From the IMG/VR virus record IMGVR_UViG_3300045988_057496: a DNA stretch of 41,862 bases; one strand, written 5' to 3'. Every line of letters begins with the position of its first letter. Position 1 is the first letter of the stretch. The notes beneath the pieces were generated by a model. The model was given only the letters and a program-made list of their open reading frames with translations. It did not search any database and was not told the DNA's origin. Positions 31,159 through 38,680 of the stretch are shown here, piece after piece. Source of the stretch: a virus. Made by a program: the position numbers and the translations under genes.

Positions 31159-32835
31159 ATGGCTACGAATCTTACTGACATCATCAAAAAAGTACGCACT
31201 GCCTTGCGAGGTGAAGAGGTGCGCGGCAGCATCGCCGACGGGCTGGAGTTTTGTGGGCAGATTTCCGAGAATGCCAAAGCAGATATGGAGGCAACTGCCG
31301 CATCCACCAAAGAGCAGCTGTCTAAAGATATCGACGCCAAAGCCGCAGAGACACTCAAGACCATCCCGGAGAGCTATACGGAGCTTGATGGGAGTATGAA
31401 GCAGCTAAAGGAAGATTTAGATAATTGGTGTTTTAATCCTTTTAATAATGATGATTACGAACTTGGAGATAAAGATAATTATACAAATGGAATAAGTGAA
31501 TTTCCTATATTCATGTACAATGATAACGGCAATATCGTTGTTATATCCCCTAACGAAGCATTTGAGTATAAAGCGATTTCATATAGTAATACTGACCAAC
31601 AAACAACTTTATATATTTTCAAGTACAACGATTCGTTAACATTTGATGTATTAGAATCATTCGACTTTAAAAATGGGGAAACACACAGATATAAAAATAC
31701 AAGTGGTTATCCGATTTGCGTTGGATTTTTGCAAAAATCCAAAAATAAAATTAGGACTACAACTAATCCACAAAACACCCCTGGTCAAACATCTATACAA
31801 TCATATATTGCTGATAATGATTTGAAAACAATAAGATTTTATATCGCTATTAAACAACTTAGATATTTTTCATTCATTATCAAAGTATTTAGATATACTG
31901 ACAAGTCTTTATCAATGAATGATATTCCTGCCGACTCTAAAACAGTCGGTAAAGTACTATGTGAAAATGGTATTGGTAAATCGTATGTGGTTGATAAGAA
32001 TGGAAATGGTGATTATATATCACTATATGAATGTTTAAATGCATTTAAGGATATTTCCGATTATAAAATTATTCATATAAATGAGGGCGTTTATGATTTA
32101 TATGAAGAAATGGGTGGGGATAATTATTTCAGTGCTATTGACACAAATGCTCAAACAATTTATGATGTTCAACCATGGTTAACCAATGTGAAAATAATCG
32201 GTCATGGAAATGTTGAAATCAACTTAAATATTCCAATTACAATACCACAAAAGATACGTTGGTTATTTTCAAATTTAAACGTTAAAGGTAATTGTTGGAT
32301 TGAGAATATTGAATTAAATTCAAATAATAATCGATATGCAATTCACGATGAAAATGGTAATGAATATCCAAATACCACTCACGTTTATAAAAATTTAAGA
32401 ATGAATAAAAAAATGTATTCCGTATGTCTCGGTTGCGGATTTTCAAAGGGAAGTACTCTTGTTATTGAAGATTGTAAATTAAACAGCCAATACGGAGGTG
32501 CGTATTCGCATCATTCTAAAGGAGGTTTGAATCTTACTATTAAAAATAGTATATTTACTACCGAAACAAATTCAAACAGTGTAAGGTTTAGTACAGAATC
32601 AAATGAAATAGATATAATTAACATTGATAACAGCTTTATTGGAACTGGCTTAATGCTCAGACCGGAATTTAGTTTTTCAAACAGTATTTGCAATACTATT
32701 ATGGATATTAAAAACACAAAGATTGTAGAATTGTTGACTGAAGAGGATGGGCTTCACTACGATTCATTTAATGGAAAGATAAAATTCTATAACACGATCG
32801 AGGGAACTATCGTAGACTTAACACCAAGTAATTAA
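31159..32835 (+). CDS. Receptor-binding / tail fibre protein; GC-rich N-terminal adaptor fused to an AT-rich C-terminal module (possible beta-helix)
   Basis: 558 aa. G+C in sampled rows is 40/60 at 31201-31260, against 14/60 at 31441-31500 and 14/60 at 32221-32280. The junction is near 31400. Confidence 0.7.
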   Translation: MATNLTDIIKKVRTALRGEEVRGSIADGLEFCGQISENAKADMEATAASTKEQLSKDIDAKAAETLKTIPESYTELDGSMKQLKEDLDNWCFNPFNNDDYELGDKDNYTNGISEFPIFMYNDNGNIVVISPNEAFEYKAISYSNTDQQTTLYIFKYNDSLTFDVLESFDFKNGETHRYKNTSGYPICVGFLQKSKNKIRTTTNPQNTPGQTSIQSYIADNDLKTIRFYIAIKQLRYFSFIIKVFRYTDKSLSMNDIPADSKTVGKVLCENGIGKSYVVDKNGNGDYISLYECLNAFKDISDYKIIHINEGVYDLYEEMGGDNYFSAIDTNAQTIYDVQPWLTNVKIIGHGNVEINLNIPITIPQKIRWLFSNLNVKGNCWIENIELNSNNNRYAIHDENGNEYPNTTHVYKNLRMNKKMYSVCLGCGFSKGSTLVIEDCKLNSQYGGAYSHHSKGGLNLTIKNSIFTTETNSNSVRFSTESNEIDIINIDNSFIGTGLMLRPEFSFSNSICNTIMDIKNTKIVELLTEEDGLHYDSFNGKIKFYNTIEGTIVDLTPSN

Positions 32836-32940
32836 CTAAACAGAAAAATGGTGACACTAAGCATAACTGGGTTACAACAGATCAGAATTATGATGTTAAA
32901 GGAAGCTTTATCTTACCAAAAAACAAAAGGACGTGACCAC

Positions 32941-33777
32941 ATGAACCTCTTGACTTTTCTCTCCCGCCTCTTTTCCGCCCTTGCCCACGCAAAGGAAGCG
33001 GCAGACGTCTCCGGCGCACCGGATGGCGAGTACCGAATTTACAACGACAAGAATAGCATTTATGACGTGTCCACAGTGGACACCCAGAGCGCCGCTCCCC
33101 CCGGCTGGGGCGGGCCGCTGCCTTACCGATACATCGACGTGAGCCGCTATCAAGGCAAAATCACCCTCGACGGCTGGCGCAAGGTCAAAGCTGCTGGTTA
33201 CAAGGGCGTCATGCTCAAGACGGTCTCCACGAATCCGAAGATGAGCAAGCGGGCAGACGGTCTGTACATCGACCCCACCTTTGAGCGCAACTATGCCGGG
33301 GCCCGTGCGGCCGGGCTGGACGGGGGCGTGTACTACTACACCTACGCCACCAGCGAGGCTATGGCGGATGCAGAGCTGGCCCTTGTGCGGGAAGCGGTAC
33401 GCGGCAAAGAGCTCACCATGCCCGTGTGCGTGGATGTGGAAGAAAACAAGCTCAAGCCCATGAGCACGCTTGACCTCACCAACGTGGTGGCGTATGCGCT
33501 GGAAAAGGTGGAAGCTATGGGCTTTTATGCCCAGCTGTACACCTACACGGGTTACAGCTATGAGTTGGACATGCAGCGCCTGGCAGGCCGCTGGGACGTC
33601 TGGCTGGCCGACTACACGGGCAAGACGCCCAAGGTGGATTACATCTACCACGCCCACCAGCACACCAGCAAGGGCTCTGTGCCGGGAATTACGGGAAATG
33701 TAGACCTCAACGTCACCACCCGCAACTATCCGAAGATCATCAAGACAAAGGGCCTGACGCGGCTCAGGGAGGGGTAA
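32941..33777 (+). CDS. Endolysin, glycoside hydrolase family 25 (muramidase) with N-terminal signal/anchor sequence
   Basis: 278 aa from ATG 32941. YIDVSRYQGKITLDGWRKVKAAGYKGVMLK...DPTFERNYAGARAAGL..GVYYY...VDVE matches GH25. The N-terminus is MNLLTFLSRLFSALAHAKE. Confidence 0.88.
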   Translation: MNLLTFLSRLFSALAHAKEAADVSGAPDGEYRIYNDKNSIYDVSTVDTQSAAPPGWGGPLPYRYIDVSRYQGKITLDGWRKVKAAGYKGVMLKTVSTNPKMSKRADGLYIDPTFERNYAGARAAGLDGGVYYYTYATSEAMADAELALVREAVRGKELTMPVCVDVEENKLKPMSTLDLTNVVAYALEKVEAMGFYAQLYTYTGYSYELDMQRLAGRWDVWLADYTGKTPKVDYIYHAHQHTSKGSVPGITGNVDLNVTTRNYPKIIKTKGLTRLREG

Positions 33778-34176
33778 ATGGAGATCCTTTCTGCATTTGA
33801 AGCATGGTGGGCCCCCGTCGCCATCGTCTTTGGTGTGCTGGCATCTCTGGACAAGGCTTTTGACCTGTACAAGAAGTATAAAGGGCTGGCACAGGCCCCC
33901 GACGATGCACAAGACAAACGGCTGGATGAGCTGGACAAGCGCGTGGGAGTGCTTGAGACGGGCTACTCTAACCACTCTGCCGCTCTTGGCCGCGATCTGG
34001 AGCATTTTGGGGCGCTGGAAAACGCCATCACCATCCTTTTGCGCTCCAACCGCGCCGTTTTAGGCGCTCAGTTGTCAGGTGATAATATCAAAGCAATGGA
34101 ACAGAGTGCGGAGGAAATCGACAAGTTTTTGTATGAGAGGAGAGAAAACGCATGGACGCAGCAGCAAAAATCCTGA
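33778..34176 (+). CDS. Holin-like / lysis-accessory membrane protein
   Basis: 132 aa. One N-terminal TM helix (WWAPVAIVFGVLASL) followed by a coiled coil. It abuts the endolysin stop. Confidence 0.5.
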   Translation: MEILSAFEAWWAPVAIVFGVLASLDKAFDLYKKYKGLAQAPDDAQDKRLDELDKRVGVLETGYSNHSAALGRDLEHFGALENAITILLRSNRAVLGAQLSGDNIKAMEQSAEEIDKFLYERRENAWTQQQKS

Positions 34177-34490
34177 GCGCCGTCCCGGGCCCGGTGGCCC
34201 TGGCTCTGATGCTGGGCGGCTTTATCTTCTACGCCCTTGGCTGCATCCGGCTGGGCTATGGTGCGGCGGTCAAGCCCACCGTGCTCCAGCTCATCGAGCA
34301 GGCAGAAAAGGACATCCAGGGCACCAAGAAAGGCGCGGAGCGCAAAGCCTGGGTGGCTCAGATGCTCCGCGCGGCCCTGGCCACAAGCAAGTACGGAAAA
34401 TTTATCTCGTGGGCCATTACCGATGAGACCATCGGGGTGGTGATTCAATTTTTCTTCGACCGCATGAAAGCGGCGCTGGAAAAGCAATAA
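34152..34490 (+). CDS. Putative holin (LL-H-like)
   Basis: 112 aa. N-terminal TM (VPGPVALALMLGGFIFYALGCI), then EKDIQGTKKGAERKAWVAQMLRAAL as in LL-H family holins. Confidence 0.55.
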   Translation: MDAAAKILSAVPGPVALALMLGGFIFYALGCIRLGYGAAVKPTVLQLIEQAEKDIQGTKKGAERKAWVAQMLRAALATSKYGKFISWAITDETIGVVIQFFFDRMKAALEKQ

Positions 34491-34500
34491 GGAGGATATC

Positions 34501-34731
34501 ATGGCAAGCAATACATACGAGCAAACGCCGCGCTATTTTTATGATCGGCGTGCGTACCCGATTTTGTGGCCCGCGGTGTGTGACCATTTTGCCAACGGCG
34601 GCAAAATGGGACATAACCGCTCCGTGACCGCTCGAGTGCGCAACGCAGGAGAGCTGCCGCAGCCTTTTTGGCTCGGTGCTGCCTGTGGCGGCGGCTCGTG
34701 TAGTGCTGCCACTGTGCCTGCAAGGACTTAA
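34501..34731 (+). CDS. Hypothetical protein, possibly the N-terminal part of a split sigma-like gene
   Basis: The SD AAGGAGG is strong. The last third of the ORF reads poorly and overlaps the open frame of the next ORF. Confidence 0.4.
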   Translation: MASNTYEQTPRYFYDRRAYPILWPAVCDHFANGGKMGHNRSVTARVRNAGELPQPFWLGAACGGGSCSAATVPART

Positions 34732-34741
34732 CCGGAAGCAA

Positions 34742-34909
34742 ATGACCGCTGCTATCAAAAGCGCACCGCTTGGGAGGGTTGACCGAAAGATAGCTCTTTT
34801 GCGGTACGTTGAGCGGCTCCCACAAGCTGACATTGCAGCACGCACCCACTACTCCCGGCAGGCGGTGAGCTATCGCCTGCAAAGCATTGATAAAATGCTG
34901 GATTTGTGA
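34742..34909 (+). CDS. Sigma-70 region-4 / LuxR-type HTH protein (start uncertain; frame open from 34628)
   Basis: RKIALLRYVERLPQADIAARTHYSRQAVSYRLQSIDKML is a region-4 HTH. ATG 34742 has only a weak SD; the track start is GTG 34676. Confidence 0.5.
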   Translation: MTAAIKSAPLGRVDRKIALLRYVERLPQADIAARTHYSRQAVSYRLQSIDKMLDL

Positions 34910-34915
34910 TATAAT
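34887..34915 (+). promoter_or_regulatory. Promoter TTGATA-17-TATAAT with TG extension
   Basis: TTGATA 34887-34892, TGaTATAAT 34907-34915. Confidence 0.55.
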
Positions 34916-34921
34916 GTAACA

Positions 34922-35036
34922 TGAGTCAAGCGCCTTTAGAATTATATCCTTATTACTGGAGACTAGTTCTATATGGCGAAGTCTGCAGCGTAATCCTGAT
35001 GGGTTCCAGCCATCACGGTTACGCTGTTTTCTTTTT
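34922..35036 (+). ncRNA. Candidate ~115-nt small RNA
   Basis: It runs from the 34887 promoter to a terminator, CAGCGTAA (34986-34993)...TTACGCTG (35019-35026), followed by TTTTCTTTTT. The only ORF here (34921) has no SD and reads through into the tRNA-like element. Confidence 0.35.
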
Positions 35037-35113
35037 GCACAAATTGTGGTATAATCATCTCAACAAATCCACCCGGCCTCTCGAAGAAGCACAACAGGGT
35101 GGATATTTGAAAA

Positions 35114-35186
35114 GGCTATGTAGCTCAGTTGGTAGAGCAGGGCGTTACACCGCCTATTGCCGCTGGTTCGAGTCCAGCCATAGCAA
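35114..35186 (+). tRNA. Degenerate tRNA-like element (Val-UAC-like; 6-nt anticodon loop TTACAC, G1-A72 mismatch)
   Basis: D arm GCTC-agttggta-GAGC and T arm GCTGG-TTCGAGT-CCAGC are canonical. The acceptor GGCTATG/CATAGCA pairs at 6 of 7 positions. The anticodon stem GGGCG/CGCCT encloses only 6 nt. It is preceded by an extended -10 (TGgTATAAT, 35047-35055) and an 8-bp leader hairpin. Confidence 0.4.
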
Positions 35187-35316
35187 GCCCGAAAATGCTT
35201 GAATGGTTTTGAATAGTGCGCATACGTCAAAATTGCGATAGCAGAAGTAGGCATTTTTAGTTGATACAGTCTCCTGCCCGCCCACTAACAGTGCGTACCA
35301 TGCAAGAGACGCAAAT

Positions 35317-35386
35317 AATCCCCTGCTTTGCCGAAGCCCTGCGTTTCATGCGGGGTACTTTGTAGGTAAAGTAGGGGATTTTTTTG
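35317..35386. terminator. Composite hairpin, probable bidirectional terminator
   Basis: The outer stem is AATCCCCT (35317-35324)/AGGGGATT (35373-35380) and the inner stem is 35337-35355. It is followed by TTTTTTTG on the plus strand and lies just beyond the stop of minus-strand gene 35389-35712. Confidence 0.45.
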
Positions 35387-35388
35387 TT

Positions 35389-35712
35389 TTACAGTAGCTT
35401 GTAGTGCTCAGCCAACAAAAACCGGACGTATGCCGGGCAGTCGCGCTCGCCCAAACACCACCCCTGCACCGTGCGCAGAGGGATGCCTGCCCGTTTTGCA
35501 AATGCGGTCTGTGACAGACCGGTACGGTCTACCAACTCCCGCATGGACAGGTGCGCCAGTTCCCAGATGGTGGAAAGCCTTTTTTTCTCGGCGTCCAGAT
35601 CAAGACACCCGTCGGCATCATCCGGGATGCTGAGAGTGACACTGTTCAAAAAGATTTCTTTAACGGCCTTTGGGTCAGATGCCATGACGAAAAGTTCAGC
35701 TGCATTATACAT
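35389..35712 (-). CDS. XRE-type HTH regulator of the cargo island
   Basis: 107 aa. The C-terminal LSMRELVDRTGLSQTAFAKRAGIPLRTVQGWCLGERDCPAYV is an HTH. Confidence 0.75.
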   Translation of the reverse strand: MYNAAELFVMASDPKAVKEIFLNSVTLSIPDDADGCLDLDAEKKRLSTIWELAHLSMRELVDRTGLSQTAFAKRAGIPLRTVQGWCLGERDCPAYVRFLLAEHYKLL

Positions 35713-35781
35713 TGCAATTCTCCTTTTTTGATTGATAAATTCCCCGGGTGGTGTTTGCGCATCACTCGGGGATTTTTTATT

Positions 35782-35970
35782 TTATACGTTAACCCAAGCG
35801 GTATCAACCAGCTCACCGTACTGATATTTTGCCACCAGCATCTTTTTGCTGGATTCGTCCCACTTGGTAGCCTTGTATGCATACTGCTTACCAGTAACCC
35901 AACCGTCCATGCCGCAGATCACATCGCGGGCATTCCAAATCTTTTCGATCATGTTCTTGGAAAGTTTCAT
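35782..35970 (-). CDS. Small hypothetical protein (62 aa), first gene of the regulator operon
   Basis: ATG 35970 lies 7 nt after GGAGGT. The track ORF extending to 36156 is upstream read-through across the promoter. Confidence 0.55.
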   Translation of the reverse strand: MKLSKNMIEKIWNARDVICGMDGWVTGKQYAYKATKWDESSKKMLVAKYQYGELVDTAWVNV

Positions 35971-36016
35971 TTTAGTTACCTCCAGTTGATTGTGTGTGGT
36001 GTCTTTCACTGTCTTT

Positions 36017-36078
36017 ATTATACGCTCATTGAGCGTATTTGTCAAGGCTCTTTGCAAAATTTTATGCTCATTGAGTAC
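36017..36078 (-). promoter_or_regulatory. Consensus promoter TTGACA-17-TATAAT with palindromic operators
   Basis: On the minus strand, TTGACA is at 36045-36040 and TATAAT at 36022-36017. The spacer contains the perfect palindrome ACGCTCAtTGAGCGT (36022-36036). A second, degenerate copy ATGCTCAtTGAGTAC is at 36064-36078, 42 bp centre to centre. Confidence 0.65.
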
Positions 36079-36128
36079 ATTTCTTTGCGCCTGCGCGGCC
36101 CCGCTGCCGTGCGGGCGCTTTTTTATTT

Positions 36129-36160
36129 TTGGCACTCGTTTGGCATTCGTTGGCACTCAC
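36129..36160 (+). repeat. Three tandem TTGGCAYTC(g/a) repeats (10-11 bp period) upstream of the cargo operon
   Basis: ttggcactcg / tttggcattcg / ttggcactcac. This is a probable regulator array. The first pair also resembles a sigma-54 -24/-12 element (TGGCAC-N5-TgGCA). Confidence 0.5.
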
Positions 36161-36204
36161 CGCGGTTTAAAAAAGTACACTGGGTGCAAAGGGAGGGGGG
36201 TGCC

Positions 36205-36582
36205 ATGTGGCACAAGTTTAACCCGAACCCGCGCGGGAGCAGCGTCGGGGACTGCGTAGTGCGGGCGGTATCTGCGGCCACCGGTCAGAGCTGGGAGCAA
36301 GCGTATATTGCGCTGGCGCTCACCGGCTACGCCCTCGGCGATATGCCCAGCGCCAACCGCACATGGGGCGCGTACCTCCAAAAGCAGGGTTACAAGCGCC
36401 GCATGGTGGAGGCAGACTGCACCACCTGTTACACCGTGGCAGATTTTGCCCGGGAGTACCCGCGCGGCGTGTATGTACTGGGCTGCTCCGGCCACGTCCT
36501 GACCGTGATCGACGGCGTGTGGTGGGACAGCTGGGACAGTGGCGCAGAATGCCCGATTTACTACTGGTATAAGGAGGAGTAA
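36205..36582 (+). CDS. Small protein with Cys/His motifs (possible papain-fold cysteine peptidase)
   Basis: 125 aa, ATG 36205 after GGGAGGGGGG. GDCVVRAVSAATGQSWEQAY and CSGHVLTVIDGVWWDSWDSG suggest a Cys-His dyad. The track ORF from 35551 is read-through. Confidence 0.6.
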   Translation: MWHKFNPNPRGSSVGDCVVRAVSAATGQSWEQAYIALALTGYALGDMPSANRTWGAYLQKQGYKRRMVEADCTTCYTVADFAREYPRGVYVLGCSGHVLTVIDGVWWDSWDSGAECPIYYWYKEE

Positions 36583-36585
36583 ACG

Positions 36586-37035
36586 ATGCCTTACAATCCG
36601 TATGCGTATCAGATGCCGACATACTACGGCCAGCCAATGCCGGACAACCTCGCTCAACTCAGGCAGGGAACAGGCTATCAGTCTCCCATGATGCAGCAGC
36701 CGACAGCACAGACAGCACAGGCTACGCCCTCCATCATCTGGGTACAGGGAGAAGAGGGGGCAAAAGCCTATATGGTCGCCGCAGGCAACAGCGTGTTGCT
36801 GATGGACAGCGAAAACAGCGCTTTTTACATCAAGAGCACCGACGCCAGCGGGATGCCGCTGCCTCTCCGCGTCTTTGACTACAAGGAACGCGCCACGGCG
36901 ACAAAAATGCCCCCTCAGACGGCGCAGCAGCCCGGCGGGGAGTTTGTCACCCGAGCAGAGTTTGACGCTCTGGCAGCCCGCTGTGCGGCGCTCGAGAAGC
37001 AAGAGCCTGCAAAACCTGAAACGGAGGTCAAATAA
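36586..37035 (+). CDS. P/Q/Y-rich protein with a compact beta-rich core, unknown function
   Basis: 149 aa. The N-terminus is low-complexity (MPYNPYAYQMPTYYGQPMP...). The core is IIWVQGEEGAKAYMVAAGNSVLLMDSENSAFYIKSTDASGMPLPLRVFDYKE, and the C-terminus is helical. Confidence 0.6.
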   Translation: MPYNPYAYQMPTYYGQPMPDNLAQLRQGTGYQSPMMQQPTAQTAQATPSIIWVQGEEGAKAYMVAAGNSVLLMDSENSAFYIKSTDASGMPLPLRVFDYKERATATKMPPQTAQQPGGEFVTRAEFDALAARCAALEKQEPAKPETEVK

Positions 37036-37037
37036 GT

Positions 37038-37262
37038 ATGGCAAACCCTCTTTTTAACGCACTGGGCGGCGGTATGCCCGCCATGCCAAACCCTATGGGT
37101 CAGTTCGGGCAGATGATGCAGCAGTTCCAGCAGTTCCGTGCAAACTTTCAAGGCGACCCGAAAGCAGAGGTGCAAAAGCTGCTGCAATCCGGCAAAATGT
37201 CACAAAACCAGCTGAACCAGCTGCAGGCGATGGCGCAGCAGTTTCAGCAGTTCCTCCATTAA
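37038..37262 (+). CDS. Q-rich small protein (74 aa), unknown function
   Basis: GQFGQMMQQFQQFRANFQGDPKAEVQKLLQSGKMSQNQLNQLQAMAQQFQQF. It starts 3 nt after the previous stop. Confidence 0.6.
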   Translation: MANPLFNALGGGMPAMPNPMGQFGQMMQQFQQFRANFQGDPKAEVQKLLQSGKMSQNQLNQLQAMAQQFQQFLH

Positions 37263-37267
37263 GTCGT

Positions 37268-37283
37268 AACCGTGGCCACGGTT
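37268..37283. other. Perfect 16-bp palindrome AACCGTGGCCACGGTT
   Basis: It lies in the intergenic gap between 37262 and 37326 with no T-run, so it is a candidate protein-binding site or RNA hairpin. Confidence 0.35.
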
Positions 37284-37325
37284 CAAGCATAAAACTCATT
37301 CAAAACACACGAAAGGAGTGCAAAA

Positions 37326-38102
37326 ATGTCTCTTTCTTCCGATTCTGCGGTTCTGACCATGCCCGTTCAGCCCGCAAACACCAACGGCGGCAACGGCTTT
37401 GGCTTTGGCAATGATGGCGCATGGTGGATCATCATCCTGTTCCTGTTCGCCTTCTGCGGCGGCTGGGGCGGCAACTGGGGCGGCAATGGCAACACCGGTG
37501 CCGGTGTCGTTGACGGCTACGTCCTGACCTCCGATTTTGCCAACATCGAGCGCAAGATGGATGGTATCAACAACGGCATGTGTGATGGCTTCTACCAGCA
37601 GGCGCAGCTTGTCAACGGCGTGCAGCAGACCGTGAATAACGGCTTTATGTCCGCAGAGATCAGCCGTGCAAACCAGCAGGCGGCGTTCATGCAGCAGCTG
37701 TTTGCCATGCAGATGCAGCAGCAGGAGTGCTGCTGCGAGAACCGCTCTGCCATTCAGGGCGTCAACTACAATATGGCTACCCAGTCCTGCGAGACCCGGA
37801 ACACGGTGCAGAACACCACCCGGGACATCATCGACAACCAGAACCAGAACGCCCGCGCCATCCTTGACGCCCTGACCGCACAGCGCATCGAGGCAAAGGA
37901 CGCAAAGATCGCTGAGCAGGGTCAGCAGCTGTTCGCAGCACAGCTTGCGGCATCTCAGGCAGCCCAGAACGAAACGCTCAAGGCCTACATGAGCGGTCAG
38001 CTGGCCTACTACAATCCGCGCCCTGTACCTGCATTCCCGGTTTCTGCACCTTACCAGTACGGTAACTGCGGCACCGGTTGCGGCTGCGGCAGCTGCGCAT
38101 AA
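37326..38102 (+). CDS. Membrane-anchored Q-rich coiled-coil protein with Cys clusters, unknown function
   Basis: 258 aa, SD GAAAGGAG. The N-terminus is Gly/Trp-rich with one TM helix (GNDGAWWIIILFLFAFCGGWGGNWGG). There is an internal ECCCEN motif, and the protein ends GNCGTGCGCGSCA. Confidence 0.7.
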   Translation: MSLSSDSAVLTMPVQPANTNGGNGFGFGNDGAWWIIILFLFAFCGGWGGNWGGNGNTGAGVVDGYVLTSDFANIERKMDGINNGMCDGFYQQAQLVNGVQQTVNNGFMSAEISRANQQAAFMQQLFAMQMQQQECCCENRSAIQGVNYNMATQSCETRNTVQNTTRDIIDNQNQNARAILDALTAQRIEAKDAKIAEQGQQLFAAQLAASQAAQNETLKAYMSGQLAYYNPRPVPAFPVSAPYQYGNCGTGCGCGSCA

Positions 38103-38194
38103 CCGAATCGCGACAGCTTTTTGAGTGGCTGTTTCCAAAATGGAAATTCCCACATCAAAATGTTCAGCCCCTGAGCTGATTTTGCAAACTAGAG

Positions 38195-38221
38195 CGCCGG
38201 GGCAAAAGTCCCGGCGTTTTT
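38195..38221 (+). terminator. Intrinsic terminator inside the cargo island
   Basis: CGCCGGG-gcaaaagt-CCCGGCG followed by TTTTT. Confidence 0.6.
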
Positions 38222-38241
38222 CTATGAAAGGAGCCGATAAA

Positions 38242-38664
38242 ATGGCCGAATTTTCTAATTCTAACATCGTCATCGTGGCGGCGGGTGAAAATCTTCCCCT
38301 GACCGAGACCGCGGTGAAAGCCCCTGCCTGCATCATGCACCGTGAGGGCAGCGGCCTTGTGACCCTGCGGGGTCTGACCAATCAATGCAAAGCGCGCTTC
38401 AAGGTAAGCTTTGGCGGCAATATCGCCATTCCCACCGGCGGCACTGTGGGACCCATTTCCGTGGCGCTGGCTGTCGGCGGTGAGTCGCTGACCAGTGCGA
38501 CCGCCATTGTCACCCCGGCGGCAGTCGAAAATTACTTCAACGTTTTCGTGGCCGCTTTCATCGAGGTGCCGCGCGGCTGCTGCGTGACCGTGGCGGTTAA
38601 AAACACCAGTACGCAGGCAGTCAGCATTGCAAACAGCAATCTGATTGTTGAGCGGGTAGCATAA
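38242..38664 (+). CDS. BclA C-terminal-domain-like (C1q/TNF-type jelly-roll) protein without collagen repeats
   Basis: 140 aa, ATG 38242 after AAAGGAG. The alternating beta pattern (RFKVSFGGNIAIPTGGTVGPISVALAVGGESL...VTVAVKNTS...) and the ending NSNLIVERVA resemble the BclA C-terminal domain, which ends ..SIIIEKVA. That comparison is from memory. Confidence 0.6.
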   Translation: MAEFSNSNIVIVAAGENLPLTETAVKAPACIMHREGSGLVTLRGLTNQCKARFKVSFGGNIAIPTGGTVGPISVALAVGGESLTSATAIVTPAAVENYFNVFVAAFIEVPRGCCVTVAVKNTSTQAVSIANSNLIVERVA

Positions 38665-38680
38665 GAAAGGAGATAAAGTC

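Noticed and set aside
36098-36127. Plus-strand terminator-like hairpin (CCCGC-tgccgt-GCGGG then T-run)
   Set aside because: The stem is only 5 bp, it is separated from the T-run by 3 nt, and no upstream plus-strand transcription unit is evident.
36130-36146. Sigma-54 promoter (TGGCAC-N5-TGGCA)
   Set aside because: The match comes from two units of a triple direct repeat. The -12 element is TGGCA, not TTGCA, and no enhancer-binding protein gene is present. It is kept only as a remark.
35551-36582. 343-aa plus-strand ORF spanning the regulator operon and promoter region
   Set aside because: Only the last 125 codons (from ATG 36205 with a strong SD) are credible. The upstream part is antisense to two SD-led minus-strand genes and crosses their promoter.
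37296-38381. 361-aa minus-strand ORF in the cargo island
   Set aside because: It is antisense to SD-led plus-strand genes and crosses a plus-strand terminator. It is a low-complexity Ala/Val/Gly run.
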